The notes: a model not told the origin generated them from the sequence alone. 64,000 nucleotides of DNA from Eledone cirrhosa (GCA_964016885.1 OZ024743.1:108066001-108130000), one strand, 5' to 3'; positions 27,632 through 42,450 are shown, counted from the first letter of the stretch. Translations and numbers: made by a program.

Positions 27632-28339
27632 GAGAGAGAGATGTAAAAAGAAGTAGTTGGATGGGTGGATGCATGAATAACAAAAAATAAGTACGTAGAT
27701 AGATATCTATGATGTATGTACGCCGATATGGTATTACATAACATATTTTTCTATTTAGTCTAATCATGAAGTGATATGTCCATATCAAAATACAATTGAC
27801 GGAAAGAGACACTTGTAGATCGGTGTTTATTGTATCACAGAATGTTAGAAAGTGTTATCTGATATTATGGCCAGGCGGCCAGGCTGACACTATGTGTGTA
27901 AGTGTGTATGTTTTTCTTTTTGTGTTGTGTTAATGGCTGTTGCACGAAACAAGAAATATATATATATTCATACCTATATATATATATATAAGTGTGTGTA
28001 TATGTGTGTGTGTGTTCGTGTGTGTGTGTGTGTATGTGTGTGTGTGTGTGTGAGTATTTGTGTGCGTGTATATATATATATTACTGGACTATAGTTGGTG
28101 ATGAAATGCATTAGATAGTATTTACCGCCAGTTACTCTCGAACACCCTCCAGATCTATGGTGTTCCCGATCGCTATATTGAAACCTAAGTGAGCTTATCA
28201 AGACTTAAGATGATGTGTAGCAAGAGAACAAGGATTGACTGAGATCATTTCAATCTTATCGGGAGTGCAGCAGGGCTGAATCCTATCCCCTTTCTTTTTC
28301 TTCATAATTTTGAATTTCATTCTGAGAATGTCCCTCTAT

Positions 28340-29010
28340 ACAAGTAGACATGGCTTAAAATGAGGAATATTAAAACTGGCCGATTTAGATGTTGCTGATG
28401 AATTAGCCGTTCTGATGGCTAACGCCCTTCTTGAAACAGCTAAAAAGATTGACTTGAACGAAAATATATCAAAATCGAAAATATAGAAAGATGCATGCAG
28501 TGAAGCAGTTACAAATTCAGTCAATGGGAAAAAGATAGATGAGGTACAGCTCTTCACATAACATGGTACCATTATATACAGCGAATGACAATACTGATGC
28601 TGGATAGCCAAAAATGCAACCGAAATTCCTGGGTATTCGATGGCAAGACACGATTACAACCGGTGTCCTTCGAAGAGCCAATGCTACAAGCCTGAGTTTT
28701 TTCATCAAGATCGGAAAAATGCATGTGGGATGACGTGTACTAAGAATGCGAGACAATATACCAGCAAGAACTGCCATGTCATAGCTGCTATTTTGTGGAA
28801 AAAAGACAAAAGTGTAATCCCAAAAAATATGGAGATACACCCTAAAGCATGATCTACAAATGTATAGCACGAAATGGTTTCAATCACCAGCACTTGCCAA
28901 GGACATAGACAAAAGGAAGAGCATAGTGGCTCGTTACTATGAAGCTGTAAGAACCACATGAACAGAGACGTGATAATACTCGGTTTGGTGCCAGTTGAAG
29001 AGCTTTTAAG
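28340..29010 (+). mobile_element. RTE-clade LINE remnant (RT core and C-terminus, internally deleted)
   Basis: LADLDVADELAVL (cf. DLDFADDIAL), AKKIDLNENISKSKI, VNGKKIDEVQLFT*HGTII, then RVLRMRDNIPARTAM..KIWRYTLKHDL; many stops. Confidence 0.75.
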
Positions 29011-29028
29011 GTAGTTATATATGAACAC

Positions 29029-29096
<68 letters not shown>

Positions 29097-29208
29097 AGGT
29101 GTGTGTGTGTGTGTGTTTGTGTATGAGTGAATATATATATATATAAATATACAGAGACAGAGAGAGAGAGAGCGAAAGAGAGAGAGAGATAGAGGGTGAG
29201 TGAGAGGT

Positions 29209-29281
<73 letters not shown>

Positions 29282-29506
29282 GAGTGAGAGGGAATATAGG
29301 CTGTGATCAAGGTACAATATACAGTTATGTCTGTGGGTGCATATGAATAGGTGCATGTGTCTTTGTGCATATAAATTCATAGCCTGCCTGCCATTTGCGT
29401 ATACATGCAACGACCCACACACACAGACATGTGTGTACGCAAGTCTCAATACGAGTGTGTACTTAATATATTCAAGTAGACATATATATATCAATGTAAT
29501 TATACC

Positions 29507-29681
<175 letters not shown>

Positions 29682-29836
29682 TTTTTATCCCTCACCAATT
29701 TTGTTAGGAACGTTGAGTATGGGTCTCTTAAGAGAGCAGGTGAATTCACTGACAGAGAACGCAATAATATAGGTAGAAAAAATGCAATATAATGAGACAA
29801 ATGGGAACGTATATATATATATATATATATATATAT

Positions 29837-30070
29837 TTCGATGTCTTCCCCGTTCTCTCCTGCCACCTTCTGGTACCCAATCCATGGCAATATGAGCAGG
29901 TCGATCTGCCGGCAAACGAAGGATTTGGCCCGCACATTCAGGGAGGACCTGCGGGAGATGGGAATTACCTGGAGAGGTGCTAGAAGGGCCTCCAGTGATA
30001 GGATCAAGTGGAGGAAGATCGTCGCCCCATGTTCCACAAGGGACTGGCTGAACTAAGACTAAGACTAAGA
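29837..30070 (+). mobile_element. RTE LINE 3' end with an inverted 5' segment and (TAAGAC)n tail
   Basis: Plus 29931-30056 [41 protein letters not shown]; minus 29935-29838 [32 protein letters not shown]; tail 30054-30070; TA flanks. Confidence 0.85.
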
Positions 30071-30115
30071 TATATATATATATATCATAGCAGCACACAT
30101 GTATGTAAGTGTGTA

Positions 30116-30185
<70 letters not shown>

Positions 30186-30907
30186 TATGAATGTGTGTGT
30201 GTGTTTGTGTTTGTGTACATAGCTATTTCTATGTTATACACACATGACATAGCGAATATATGTTCATATAAACACATATTTATTGATAAATATTGTCTCA
30301 CACACATAAAATACAATAACATAAAAAAACAAAACATCATGCATATGAAATAGAAGCACGACATCAACAACAACAATAAGAATATCCACAATATCAACGA
30401 AAACAACAAATGCAAGAATATAAAGCAACGAAATGGAGAACTGAAACACCATGCCTCATTAAATGTACATTTAGAGCGAAGCAGTGTCTATGTGTTTGTT
30501 GAACGATGGTGTGTGGATTTAGATAGAAGAGACAGGGGGAGAGGGAGAAACAGGGATAGATGTAGAGATACAAAGTGTTACAAAGGGTGTGTGTGACAAG
30601 GTAGGTCCGTAATGAATAGATAAAAAATATTAAATCTATCTATTCTTAATATATATTGTCATTATAATATCATTATTGCGATGTGATAAAGCAATGACAA
30701 AAGCGATGGCAACAACAACAACAACACGTACAGTGCGACACAAAAAAGGTGATGAAAACAACATCAAAATCCTGAATATTGTTCTTGTCGTTGATGGCTA
30801 CTAAAAGTCTAAAAGTTGAAAGATTGAGATTTTATATACATACGCACGCACACACACACTCACACTCACACACACGCACACACGTGTATATATGTATAAT
30901 TATGTTT

Positions 30908-31019
<112 letters not shown>

Positions 31020-31125
31020 AAACATAATTATACATATACACACGGAACCCGGTCATTGAAATGATCATAGTATAATAAACCTTTCAAGGATTTACACAAA
31101 TCCAGCCTCCTGTCATTTCATTATA

Positions 31126-31205
<80 letters not shown>

Positions 31206-31261
31206 AACTAATAAACCTGCGTACTCCCTCTCTGTTTTGTTCCCGTTCCCGTTCCATGTTT

Positions 31262-31300
<39 letters not shown>

Positions 31301-32032
31301 TATACACATGCATACATTCATACATATATTGATTATGATGGCTTCGAATTTGCGGCCAGGTCCAATAATATATATATATACTGTATATATATATATTTAA
31401 TATAGAAATGGCTTCCACGGTGCTAGAAGTGTTCCATTCGGGAGAAATCATCCTATATATATATATATATATATATACATATTTTATTTTATTTTATTTA
31501 TTTATTTTTTATTTTTTAGTATGATTCAATCCACCCTCAACAGTTGTCTAGTACTTTATTTTACCGACGTTATCTGTAGGAGGTAAGGCATACCTGACAT
31601 GAGAATAATTTGAACTGAGAACTTAGAGTCGTAATTAAATACCGCAAAGCATTCATCCGAAGCTCTAACGATTCTGCAATTCCACCACCTTCACTGTTAT
31701 TACTAACAGTAATTTTCTTGTGAATTAACATTTGTATTTAACGCTAGGCCGGGATGACCATTCCGATTTAATTTTTTCACTAAACTACATTATATATAGA
31801 TTTCTTCATTTCATGTCAAATGTGATATAGGACAGTGTGTGATTTACCAGAGATAGTGGTTGGGGAAGTGTGGTTTCCATCTCTAGCACGTCAAGCATCC
31901 ACATAGATGCTCGCATTTAGAACATCTGATGCGACATGTTTTCCTTCAAGTTTGTGGAATATAATCTGTTTCAGAATTAGTTATTATTTGTTGTAGGGTG
32001 AACACCAGTGTACAAGCTCTGTTGTTGACGAG

Positions 32033-32617
32033 TTAATTCACTGTAGAATTCACTGTAGATCCATGATTCTAAACACATAAGTTGATGGAAGTTTTGGTTA
32101 GGGAAACCACAATTCAGTTATTAACTTATTTAATAGAAAATAACTATGATTATTTGTTAATTGAAATGCTTTTATTTTCTTTAGTAGTGGACAAAATGTT
32201 GTCAAAATTTATAGTATTAAAGTAAAGGTGTAGATTTTATTGTGAAAGAATCATTGTGCTTTTCAGAAATTTTCAAGAATTACTAGCTAATGGGTTTCAT
32301 GTGTTTTGTTCATTCAAATGTTTATAGTTTCTTTAGTGGTGGACACATTGTTGTCAAAATGTGTAGTATTAAAGTAAAGGTGGAGATGTTTTTGTGAAAG
32401 AATCATTGTGCTTTTCAGAAATTTTCAAGAATTACTAGTTAATGGGGTTTCATGTGATTTGTTCATTCAAATATTTATAGTCTCTTCACTAGTGGATAGA
32501 TTTATGTGAAATTTGCAGTGTGAAAGACTTCAATGATTAATGTGACCGTTCATAACGCCGTTTCATACGTTTCAAGAATCGCTTGCTAATGTGGATTCAT
32601 ACGGTACAGGGAGTTAA
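32033..32617. repeat. About three tandem ~151-bp units, possibly inside a TTAA-flanked non-autonomous DNA element
   Basis: Units start at about 32178, 32329 and 32483; ends TTAA-TTCACTGTA... and ...TACAGGGAG-TTAA resemble degenerate TIRs. Confidence 0.7.
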
Positions 32618-33892
32618 TATTTAAAATACATCTGGCCCAAAAGCCAGCTATGGTATATCTTTTATGGGATGCTATAGCATGACACATTAATGCGACAGAT
32701 AGATCTTTATGTACGTATCACACAGTATGTGTATGCCAGGAAGCAATTGATATTCATGGAAATCAAATGGTCAACCATTCATGATATCATGTATCCGTTC
32801 GTATTTAAATATGCCACTCATGACAAATGTTATCTTTACATATGTCACGACGTACAGTCCTTTCTACGCATATGCCAACTTATATTTTCATACACACAGA
32901 CACACACGCACACACATATATATGCACACGCACAAACACACACCCACACACACACATACATATATATATATATCGACATTGTATATACATATAATTGAGA
33001 GAGAGAGAGAGAGAGAGAAAAGTTATCTTGATAGATAAATACATACGTGTGTGTGTATCTATCTGTAAAAAGGCATTTGTTTACGAATATAAATAGCCCA
33101 TTAGACACGCAAACATACATACGCTCAGAGACACGGTCACACACACACACACACACAAACACTGAAAAGCACGCACAAATGCCATAGTTTTCTGACGTAA
33201 AATAATGTAAATATACATACATTTTATAAGTATGTGTGTTTTTCAATGCATGTGTAAGCATATGCATTCAGGCGTGGATGCGTTGGTGCGTGAGTCTGTG
33301 TGTGAGTGTGTGGGTATGTTTGTGTAGGTGTGTGTACTTGCGTTCATGTGCTTTTATGCATACGTGTGTATGACCGACATCTACGTGTTTCAGCTGATTA
33401 ATTATACGACCAATATGTGTCATTAATTCCAGAGTTAATGAGACGAATCTAATGTACTACTGATAAGTGGCGTACACCCTTGCTGTCACTGGGTAAGACA
33501 TAGAACAGAAAAAGAAGAGGAAGAGAGAGAGAGGGGGTGGGGGAGAAGGAGAACGTGATACAGTGGCCGAAGATGTGATTGGATGACGGAAAAGGGGTGG
33601 CGGAGTCGACAATTAAGGCCAGAGTTCGTGTCACCCTATGTATTCGCGTAGGAAAGAATGAGAGAGAGAGGAGACCAGAGCATACATATGCCTAGGATAC
33701 AATTATCATCTCTTTCTCACTCTCTGTCTCACTCTCCTCCCCTCTCCCGCCTTCTCTCTCTCTCTATATATATATATATGTTTCATACATTTAACATGTA
33801 TGTGCAACGATTGGTTGGGGGTCCAATTATGGCCACCACTGTATATTCGAGGAGGCCCTTCTAAACTGTCCCTTAATCGGACAAGCAGATAG

Positions 33893-34017
<125 letters not shown>

Positions 34018-34044
34018 TTTGTATATGTGTGTGTGTGTGTGTGT

Positions 34045-34081
<37 letters not shown>

Positions 34082-34347
34082 CGTGCGTGCATTCATGCGT
34101 GCATGGGGTCGTATGTGTTCTACAACGCCGCATGTAAAATATGTAGCTCCTCGTGCATCGGAAGTACCCTCCGGATGCTGTATATACGGATTAAAGAGTA
34201 CATTGTGACCAGACCTTCTGTTAAAACACATTTTGACAGATTCCACAGTTAAGACATTGAGCTCACTATATAGGCGATGGAAAGGAATGCAGGCAATTCA
34301 TGATTCAAAGAGCCTATTATCATGAACCAGAAAAAAACACAGATAAA

Positions 34348-34530
34348 TAATTGTTTCTACTTTAGGCACAAGACCAGCAATTACCCAGTACATTACTGGT
34401 ACTTTATTTTATCGACCCCGTAAGGATGAAAGGCAAAGTTAACGTCGGCGGGATTTGAACTCAGACTGTAAAGGGACGTATCTATGCTAGAAAGCATGGC
34501 GTCCAACCCTCTACCGATACTGCCAAAATA
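34348..34530 (-). mobile_element. tRNA-derived SINE, near full length
   Basis: Reverse complement of the 56150-56342 consensus, including A and B boxes. Confidence 0.85.
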
Positions 34531-34834
34531 ATATATTGTAAATACACAAAGCAGATACCGTCTAATAATACCACTTGACACCTATGTATTTGAGGCACAT
34601 AGGCCAGTTAAGGAAGACTACAACGATCGTTTGATTTTGTTTTGAACTATTTCTACCCTAAAATATCAAATTTAGATATACTGGGTAAAACTTTACTTCA
34701 CTTTGTTTTGTTTTATTTCTCATTCTTTACTTTTTAAATATTGCTACAGCATTGTACCAGCATTGTTAATCTTATATATATATTTTAGTACATATATATG
34801 TATTTATTTATGTATGTGTGTATGTACGTGTGTA

Positions 34835-34872
<38 letters not shown>

Positions 34873-34882
34873 TACACATACA

Positions 34883-35157
34883 CATATGTATATATGTATG
34901 TAAATATGTATGTGTATATGTGCGTGTGTATTGTATACATATTCATACCATATTTCCAACTATATCTTATGTGTGTATATGTGAAATTGATGTTTTTTTT
35001 TCTTTCTTTTGCAGGTAAGTACACCAAAAAAGGTTGCCAAAAAAAACATCAACATTTCACATATACACACATAGATATCAGTTGGAATATTGGTTATGAA
35101 TAAGTATACAAACACGCACATATACACATACATATTTAACATACATATATACATATG
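34883..35157. repeat. ~120-bp imperfect inverted repeat with a ~37-nt loop
   Basis: 34883-35001 pairs with 35039-35157, including non-microsatellite words (ATTCATA, TTCCAACT, GTGAAAT, TTGATGTTTTTTTT). Confidence 0.9.
34987..35020 (+). promoter_or_regulatory. Candidate recursive splice site (zero-length exon), AG|GT at 35014/35015
   Basis: TTGAT branch-like motif, 18-nt pure pyrimidine tract, GCAG, then the consensus donor GTAAGT. Confidence 0.55.
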
Positions 35158-35779
35158 ATGCTATGCTGTACTATTCATACTATACATATCATACATACAT
35201 TCATACATACATACATACATACATACATACATACATACATACATACATACATACATACATGAATGCATACATACATGATGGACTCCCTCATATTATCTCT
35301 AAATATGAGGGCCCCCCAATATTCTCACTTCGTATTTTATGGTTATGCCTGAAGTGGCACTTCTGTCCAGCTGCTGATTTACACGTCAAGCTGCATTTAT
35401 AGTATATGACAGGAATATGTGCGTAGCAGAATGGAATATTTGGTCGAATCTTAGAGTTAGTTCTTTGATCACGAAGATAGACCGGATGAGATTTTTCAAA
35501 GTTCTTTATACCTTTATGTCAGACTGTTCTTCGTTTTCTACGTTCAGCAGTTAGAGCCTGAAAAGTAGTTACATGTATGTTCACAGATTTAACATCATTT
35601 TGGCTTTATATTAGAGTAACGGTCTGCCTACATTACGTCCACCATTATGGTGTAGACGGTATAATGGTACCTTGGATGTACGTTTCTCAGGCATCAACAA
35701 GACATGATCAACCAAGTTGAGGTTGCATCAGAAATGACTATAACATGGGTGTTGCACTTCCTGAACAGATCGGCTAAGG

Positions 35780-35985
35780 AGATTCTTTCTGAAAGTGCAT
35801 AATCACAGATAGAACGAAGACAGTGTGGAAGACATCACAATTATAAATGTAGGTGCGATAAAGTGTCCATGACTCCACATAGACAATGATGTTTGCCAAA
35901 AACATTAGTTGCTTTGAAGACGCGATTGACAATCTCATCATCCAGAGATACAGTGATGTTCACCTCAGATCCTTTCCATCAGCAG
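35780..35985 (+). mobile_element. Possible highly decayed LINE RT fragment
   Basis: MMFAKNI resembles MLFADDI; weak support only. Confidence 0.25.
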
Positions 35986-36089
35986 TGATATATATATACA
36001 CACACACACATACATACACACACACACACACTAACACACACAACCAGACACACACACACATACTCACACACACACACACAGACACACGA

Positions 36090-36143
<54 letters not shown>

Positions 36144-36809
36144 GTGTTTGCGTTCTAATTGTGTCATAATGGTAACACAACTGGTGTTTTTATATTTCTG
36201 TTTGATATTATTACATTCAGAATTTTGACCCATTTTACACCGATATTGGAAGTAGCAGATTTTCCAAACTCGCAGAGTGAATTAAAAAAATATGTCAGAG
36301 ATGTTGAAACGTGCTTCCCGATATAATTTTGTTTTGCTCGCTACAGTAATGCTTCAAAATATACCCGCTATTCCTGTATAATGGCTCCCTTATGGCTTTT
36401 CAAATTCTCGCATTCTGCTTCCAGTAACATTATAGTCTTATTTTATTCCGATGTCACATATTTTGCCTAACTCCCAATGACTCATTCACTACACACACAC
36501 TAAAGTTAGAACGTATTACATTTTTATGAGGATTTATTGGTTGTGTCGTTTGAGCGTCGGATTAAATGCCTCGACACTCTTGGTACAAAGTTTGTTCAAG
36601 CTGTCTATAACCTTCTTTTTGGGTCTTCACATAACGTACCCGTCAACGGGCGATGGATTGGCGGAATAAGTAAAGCGTCTGATAAGATGCATTGCGGTAT
36701 CTCTTCAAGGCTCAGTGCTTTCTGTTTTTAAATCCCATGACCTGTCACTGCAAAAACGCTGATGTTTCTATCTGTAATTGCGATTGGCAGAGAGTAAATA
36801 CAAGTTCTG

Positions 36810-37020
36810 TAGGAGTTGGTGCAGTAAAGCACCAGCTTGATCATTCCAAAAGAAGGGAGGTACGTATAAAAGCCAATCTCATTATCTCCAATTTAGTATT
36901 TGTTCCATTATATTTGGTCATGAATCTTGGGTAATGACCGAAAAAATACGAAGGGTCTTGGGAGTAATGTTACTCGATAACGTGCGTGGCTCGGAGATCA
37001 GAGAGTCACTCAAGGTAGTT
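36810..37020 (+). mobile_element. RTE-clade LINE fragment, same family as 16975-17290
   Basis: AVKHQL..KRREVRIKANLII..VFVP, GHESWVMTEKIR, VLGVMLLDNVRGSEIRESL. Confidence 0.7.
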
Positions 37021-37143
37021 AACTTTGGGCAAAATCAATATGCCTTACTCTTCTTTACCGTTATAAGCTTAAGCCATCACTTACACAAAATGGATGTATA
37101 TGGTAGTGTTTGAATGCACATATATAAAATATAGGCCTGTATG

Positions 37144-37184
<41 letters not shown>

Positions 37185-37689
37185 ATAATTTTCAATATGG
37201 GCCATGTGTTACGATATATACATATGTTCATGTCACCATGGATGTATTTTCTGACATGCCATGAATCTCAATGCTTTATAGCAACACTATATTTATTTAT
37301 ATAGCTATTTATTTGTTTTATATATGTAAATACTTATTTTAGATTTGCTTTGAGTGCGCCGTTTTGCTTTACTTCTCTTTAAATATCTTCGACATAGAAA
37401 AACCAAAACAGGGCTAGAGGAGTGTGAGTATAAATATATAAATATATATTAAATGTATATATATTTTTTTCTATTAGAGAAGAACGGATGGATAGATAGG
37501 GGAAGGTACCACATAATGCTTTTGTTTGCCTGTCTTGCTTGCAAAATACAAAGGAAACACTTCCATATATAAATACTTACATTGAAGTGTTTTCTCTGTA
37601 TTCAGCAGTCATTGTAGGCAAAAAAACATGTATTATTTGGTTATCTGCCCCTATCTATCCACCCATGCTTCTCTAATACTCTCATAGAG

Positions 37690-37785
<96 letters not shown>

Positions 37786-38245
37786 ACATATATATAGATG
37801 TATATATATATATATATATGTGTGTGTTTGTGTGTGTGTGTGTGTTTGTGTGTGTGTTCAAATATGTCTTCTGTATATGTTTACATGTGTGTTTGAGTAC
37901 TTTATTTTGCACACACACACATTAAATCCCGTATGGTCGGGCATGTTACTTGGGCAGTTTCAGATATCAAAAGGATCATACACTAAAACATACACTCAAA
38001 TATTTCAACCATCCACCAGCAATGAATGGCTTTTTGCTTGGGCGGGTGAGTTTTCTGAAGAGACACTCAGGGTTACGCAACGTATAATTCCAAATATCCA
38101 GGAAACGTTTACATTTACTCAAATGACGACCTGGATGCACAAACGTGATAGTATGAAGTATTTCAGCGGAAAAAAAGGTTTTTTGTTCTTCATTTCTTAT
38201 TTGTGACAAGAAAAAGTAGGGGAAAATATAAAATATTAAAAACAT

Positions 38246-38282
<37 letters not shown>

Positions 38283-38530
38283 GAAAAAAGAAAGGAATGA
38301 AAATAGAAGTGTTAGTTGGAAAGTATTGCGAAAACTAGAACAGAAAGGTTTTGTACATTTGTTGTGGTTTTTTTTTCAAAGCACGAACAGAATGATCAGA
38401 AGACAAAAGGTAGTGTGAAATGTGAAAACGGCATGCGGTAAATGGTTACGTAATAACATTAGGTGAAATGTTTGGGACTATTCAGATAGAAGAGCGGTAA
38501 ATCTGCTGGCAAATGTGCTATATGCTATAA

Positions 38531-38565
<35 letters not shown>

Positions 38566-39039
38566 CACACACACAGACACACAGACACAGACACAGACAC
38601 ACACACACACACGCGCACACACACACACACACGCACACACCTATATAAATGTGTGCGTTTGTTTGTGTAAGCCAGCGATATATAAGCCTACAAAGGATAT
38701 TTAGCACCCGTTATCAACATCTGCGTAACATTTTTGCATTTATAAATCAATAAGAAAAAATATAATCAACATCATAATCATCAACAATGCTACCACTTTC
38801 CATACGACCATATACACCACTACCATCATGGCCACCACAATAAGCAACACGAATAATCACACCAGTAGTATGAACAAAAGCCAACCTACATTGACACCAC
38901 CCCGTCGTAAGCATCAACCAAACAATACCCACAATAGGATCCTTATATCATCATTTAGAAAGGATCAAAACCTATCAACTATGTCATTATCGACTCATCG
39001 TCATTCACCCCTCCCTCACATATACATGTGTATATATGA

Positions 39040-39172
<133 letters not shown>

Positions 39173-39812
39173 CATTTATATATGTATGTTTATATGTGGT
39201 TATATATATATATATTAGAGAAGTGATTGTAGTCAAGACCACTGCACACTTTGTTATCAGTGATGCATAATGCAAGCAGCACATCATATATAATATATAA
39301 CAAATAACAAAATATACGACAAAAATACAATAATATAACAAACTTGGATATAATAAAGCTGTATCTATTTAACATGTGACGTTACTGCCAACATATAAAT
39401 GGCCGATACGTTGTCAAGATAAATATTGAAACTTAGATGTTCGACGCATCTGAGAGCACCGCACAAATAGAGAATAATAATATAAAAAATAATAATAATA
39501 ATAATAATAATGATAGTAAAATTTGATAGCTTCATATGCTGTCTTCTTCCAAGCTGTTAAATATTAGTTGTGTGACTGTGGTTGTCCTTGTTGTTATTAT
39601 TGCAAACGAGTTTTATGAAATACAGAGAGAGAGTGAAATGGAAAAGGAATGAGAATTCGAGGTGTGAATGATATGATGTATTTGTTGGTCATTAACACAC
39701 AACCTTCTCCCCACTGGAATAAACCGAACTCTATATTGCTGTAATAATTCATCACCACATATCTATCCTGTTCTGTCTCTCTCCCTCTCTGTCGTTTCGT
39801 CTCTGTCCTTCG

Positions 39813-39861
<49 letters not shown>

Positions 39862-39865
39862 AAAA

Positions 39866-39907
39866 TAACGGCTTGAGCTCTGCGTCGGCGTCTTGACTCA
39901 TTTCCTA
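39866..39907 (+). mobile_element. Fragment of the palindrome-headed family (single arm)
   Basis: AACGGCTTGAGCTCTGCGTCGGCGTCTTGACTCATTTCCTA ends at the same CCTA-(TA)n point as the other copies' arms. Confidence 0.55.
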
Positions 39908-39916
39908 TATATATAT

Positions 39917-40245
<329 letters not shown>

Positions 40246-40506
40246 ATATATTTGAGATGTTTCCCGTCCAGTTTAAGAGATTGAATTTCGTATATATTCT
40301 TCTCCAATTTAAGTTTATTTTTTTTTTATTCATCCATCCAAAAGTAGAGGAGTACAAACAATCTCTATATCATTGTGCATGTATAGATTTCATTATACGG
40401 ATTTACACCTGATATAATTCGAATAATTTGATGTACAGTTCTCTTGTAACACGTGTAAGGAATTGAAATTGATTTAAAACCTATTTTTTACATCTATACG
40501 TTTATA

Positions 40507-40547
<41 letters not shown>

Positions 40548-40595
40548 TTTTACCTGTTCCAGCCATCCTGCTGAGTCCATGCTGGGGCACCGCCG

Positions 40596-40637
<42 letters not shown>

Positions 40638-42450
40638 CGCAAGTGACTATAAGTAAAAGAAAAAACAAGAAAGTAAGATACCGTATGAAAAATGTAATCC
40701 ATTTAATTATTGGTGGGGGGAGAAGAAAGTACACGTATGTCACAGATTAATAATAATACAATTAGGAAAATAAAGAGAAGACAACGCACGAAAACAAGAC
40801 AGAACGAATCGTTTGTCTCTCTGTCATTATATCTCTTCCCGGTTGGCTATCTTGCTCTCAGCCACTCGCTCTTTATGTCTCTATTTATATTTCTCTCTCA
40901 GTGCTACCCTTCCTTTTCACTCACTCTATCTACCCATACTCTCTGAGCTTTACGATGCAATATTTGCCTATTCACTATTAATTGAAGTCGATTCATTCCC
41001 AATTTATTTCCTACCTACACTATACATTGAACTCATTTTACAATTATACGAAATCTTCATAATTGTCATCGACATTGTCATCAACATCAGCAGCCTTTAG
41101 TCATGTTTGTGTACTTTGGCACATTACCAAAGTCTGTTTCCATTTGTACCTTAAATTCCCGAAACCTAAGCGAACTGTCACCTCATTTACGCCTCCCTTA
41201 ATTTCAATAATTTGTTTATTTAAATTAAGTTTTCCTTTCAATTTTCATTAATATAATTTCTGTATTGTAAAAACACCCCCAGTAACAAGAGCACCTACTA
41301 TTGACATGACTCCAGGTGTGACCATCTCGCTTTTCTCCAAGTCAAAATAAAATCATGGTCATATTATCCATTAAGAAATAGTTGTTTATAATTGCAGTTT
41401 GAGAGTGAATCGATTGTTATTTCTAGCAGATATAGCAACTATTATTTATTCAAAACTTCAATGTACAGTCTCTAACCAATTGAAATGCTTTTCAGTATAT
41501 AGTTTCATTTTCATTTCTGGGTTCAAATCTATGAGCAATTTAAAATAAAAATACGAGACAGGTACTTATTGAAGTTAATTCATTTGCCATTATTCTACTC
41601 ATTAGTATCGTTATTGTCGTCGTCAATTTAAACGAATATTTGGGATTTTTGATTTACTAAGGACACATTCTTTGCAAAAATGTTTGCTAATCCCTTTCAG
41701 GGCTTCATTTAACTGCAATTAATTCTCACAATTTTTTTTTTAAATAAAAGAAAAGTAAAGATAAAAATGGAAACAATTATTTTTCTCTTTAATTTATTTA
41801 TGAGAAAGTCATTGCGAACGAGAGGTGCCAAATGTCTCGACCCACGAGACTCACATCGAACTATTTAGCTTAAAACCCATGTTTTTTTTTGTTTTTTTAC
41901 TGCGACTATTTTCGCGCTATAACTAACTCGCACGCTATTCTGCATGTGCCTTGTGTGTAATGTAAGTATGTGTAACATATAGCCGTATTATAGTACATGT
42001 CTCTTTTGTTCTGATCTGTATGTGTGTAGGTGTGTGTGTGTAAGTGTGTATTACTCTCTGTTGTATGGGATTTTAACTAAAATGACATTTAAATGTCCCC
42101 ATAAAATACGCATTTACACGTAAAAGTAATAAAGAAAAAAATACATCGTGTTTTGTTGTCCAATCCTCGATAGATGTCCCATAGGAATTCTGCAGATTGC
42201 ATGACACTCGTTATAATTTGTTGAGGTCTTTCAATAATAATAATAAAAAATAATAATGTGTTTAATAAATAAATAAATAAACAAACAACTAAAAACGAAA
42301 TGGCGTTTGTCCTCTTGTCGCTTCTCCCGCTGTTCTCGTTTATGTTGGTGGTTTGGTGGTTTAATGGTCGTGTTTGTAATAGCGCTCATGCAATAAGAAT
42401 TTTGGTTGTGATTGTAGCATTAGTTGAAAACGTGGTGATGGTGATGGTGA

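Noticed and set aside
28395-28430. CTGATGA followed by a TTAGCC/GGCTAA stem
   Set aside because: No GAAA after the stem, and it lies within the RTE RT coding remnant.
33817-33843. Tc1-like TIR (TACAGTGGTGGCCATAATTGGACCCC on the minus strand)
   Set aside because: No partner TIR or transposase sequence found nearby.
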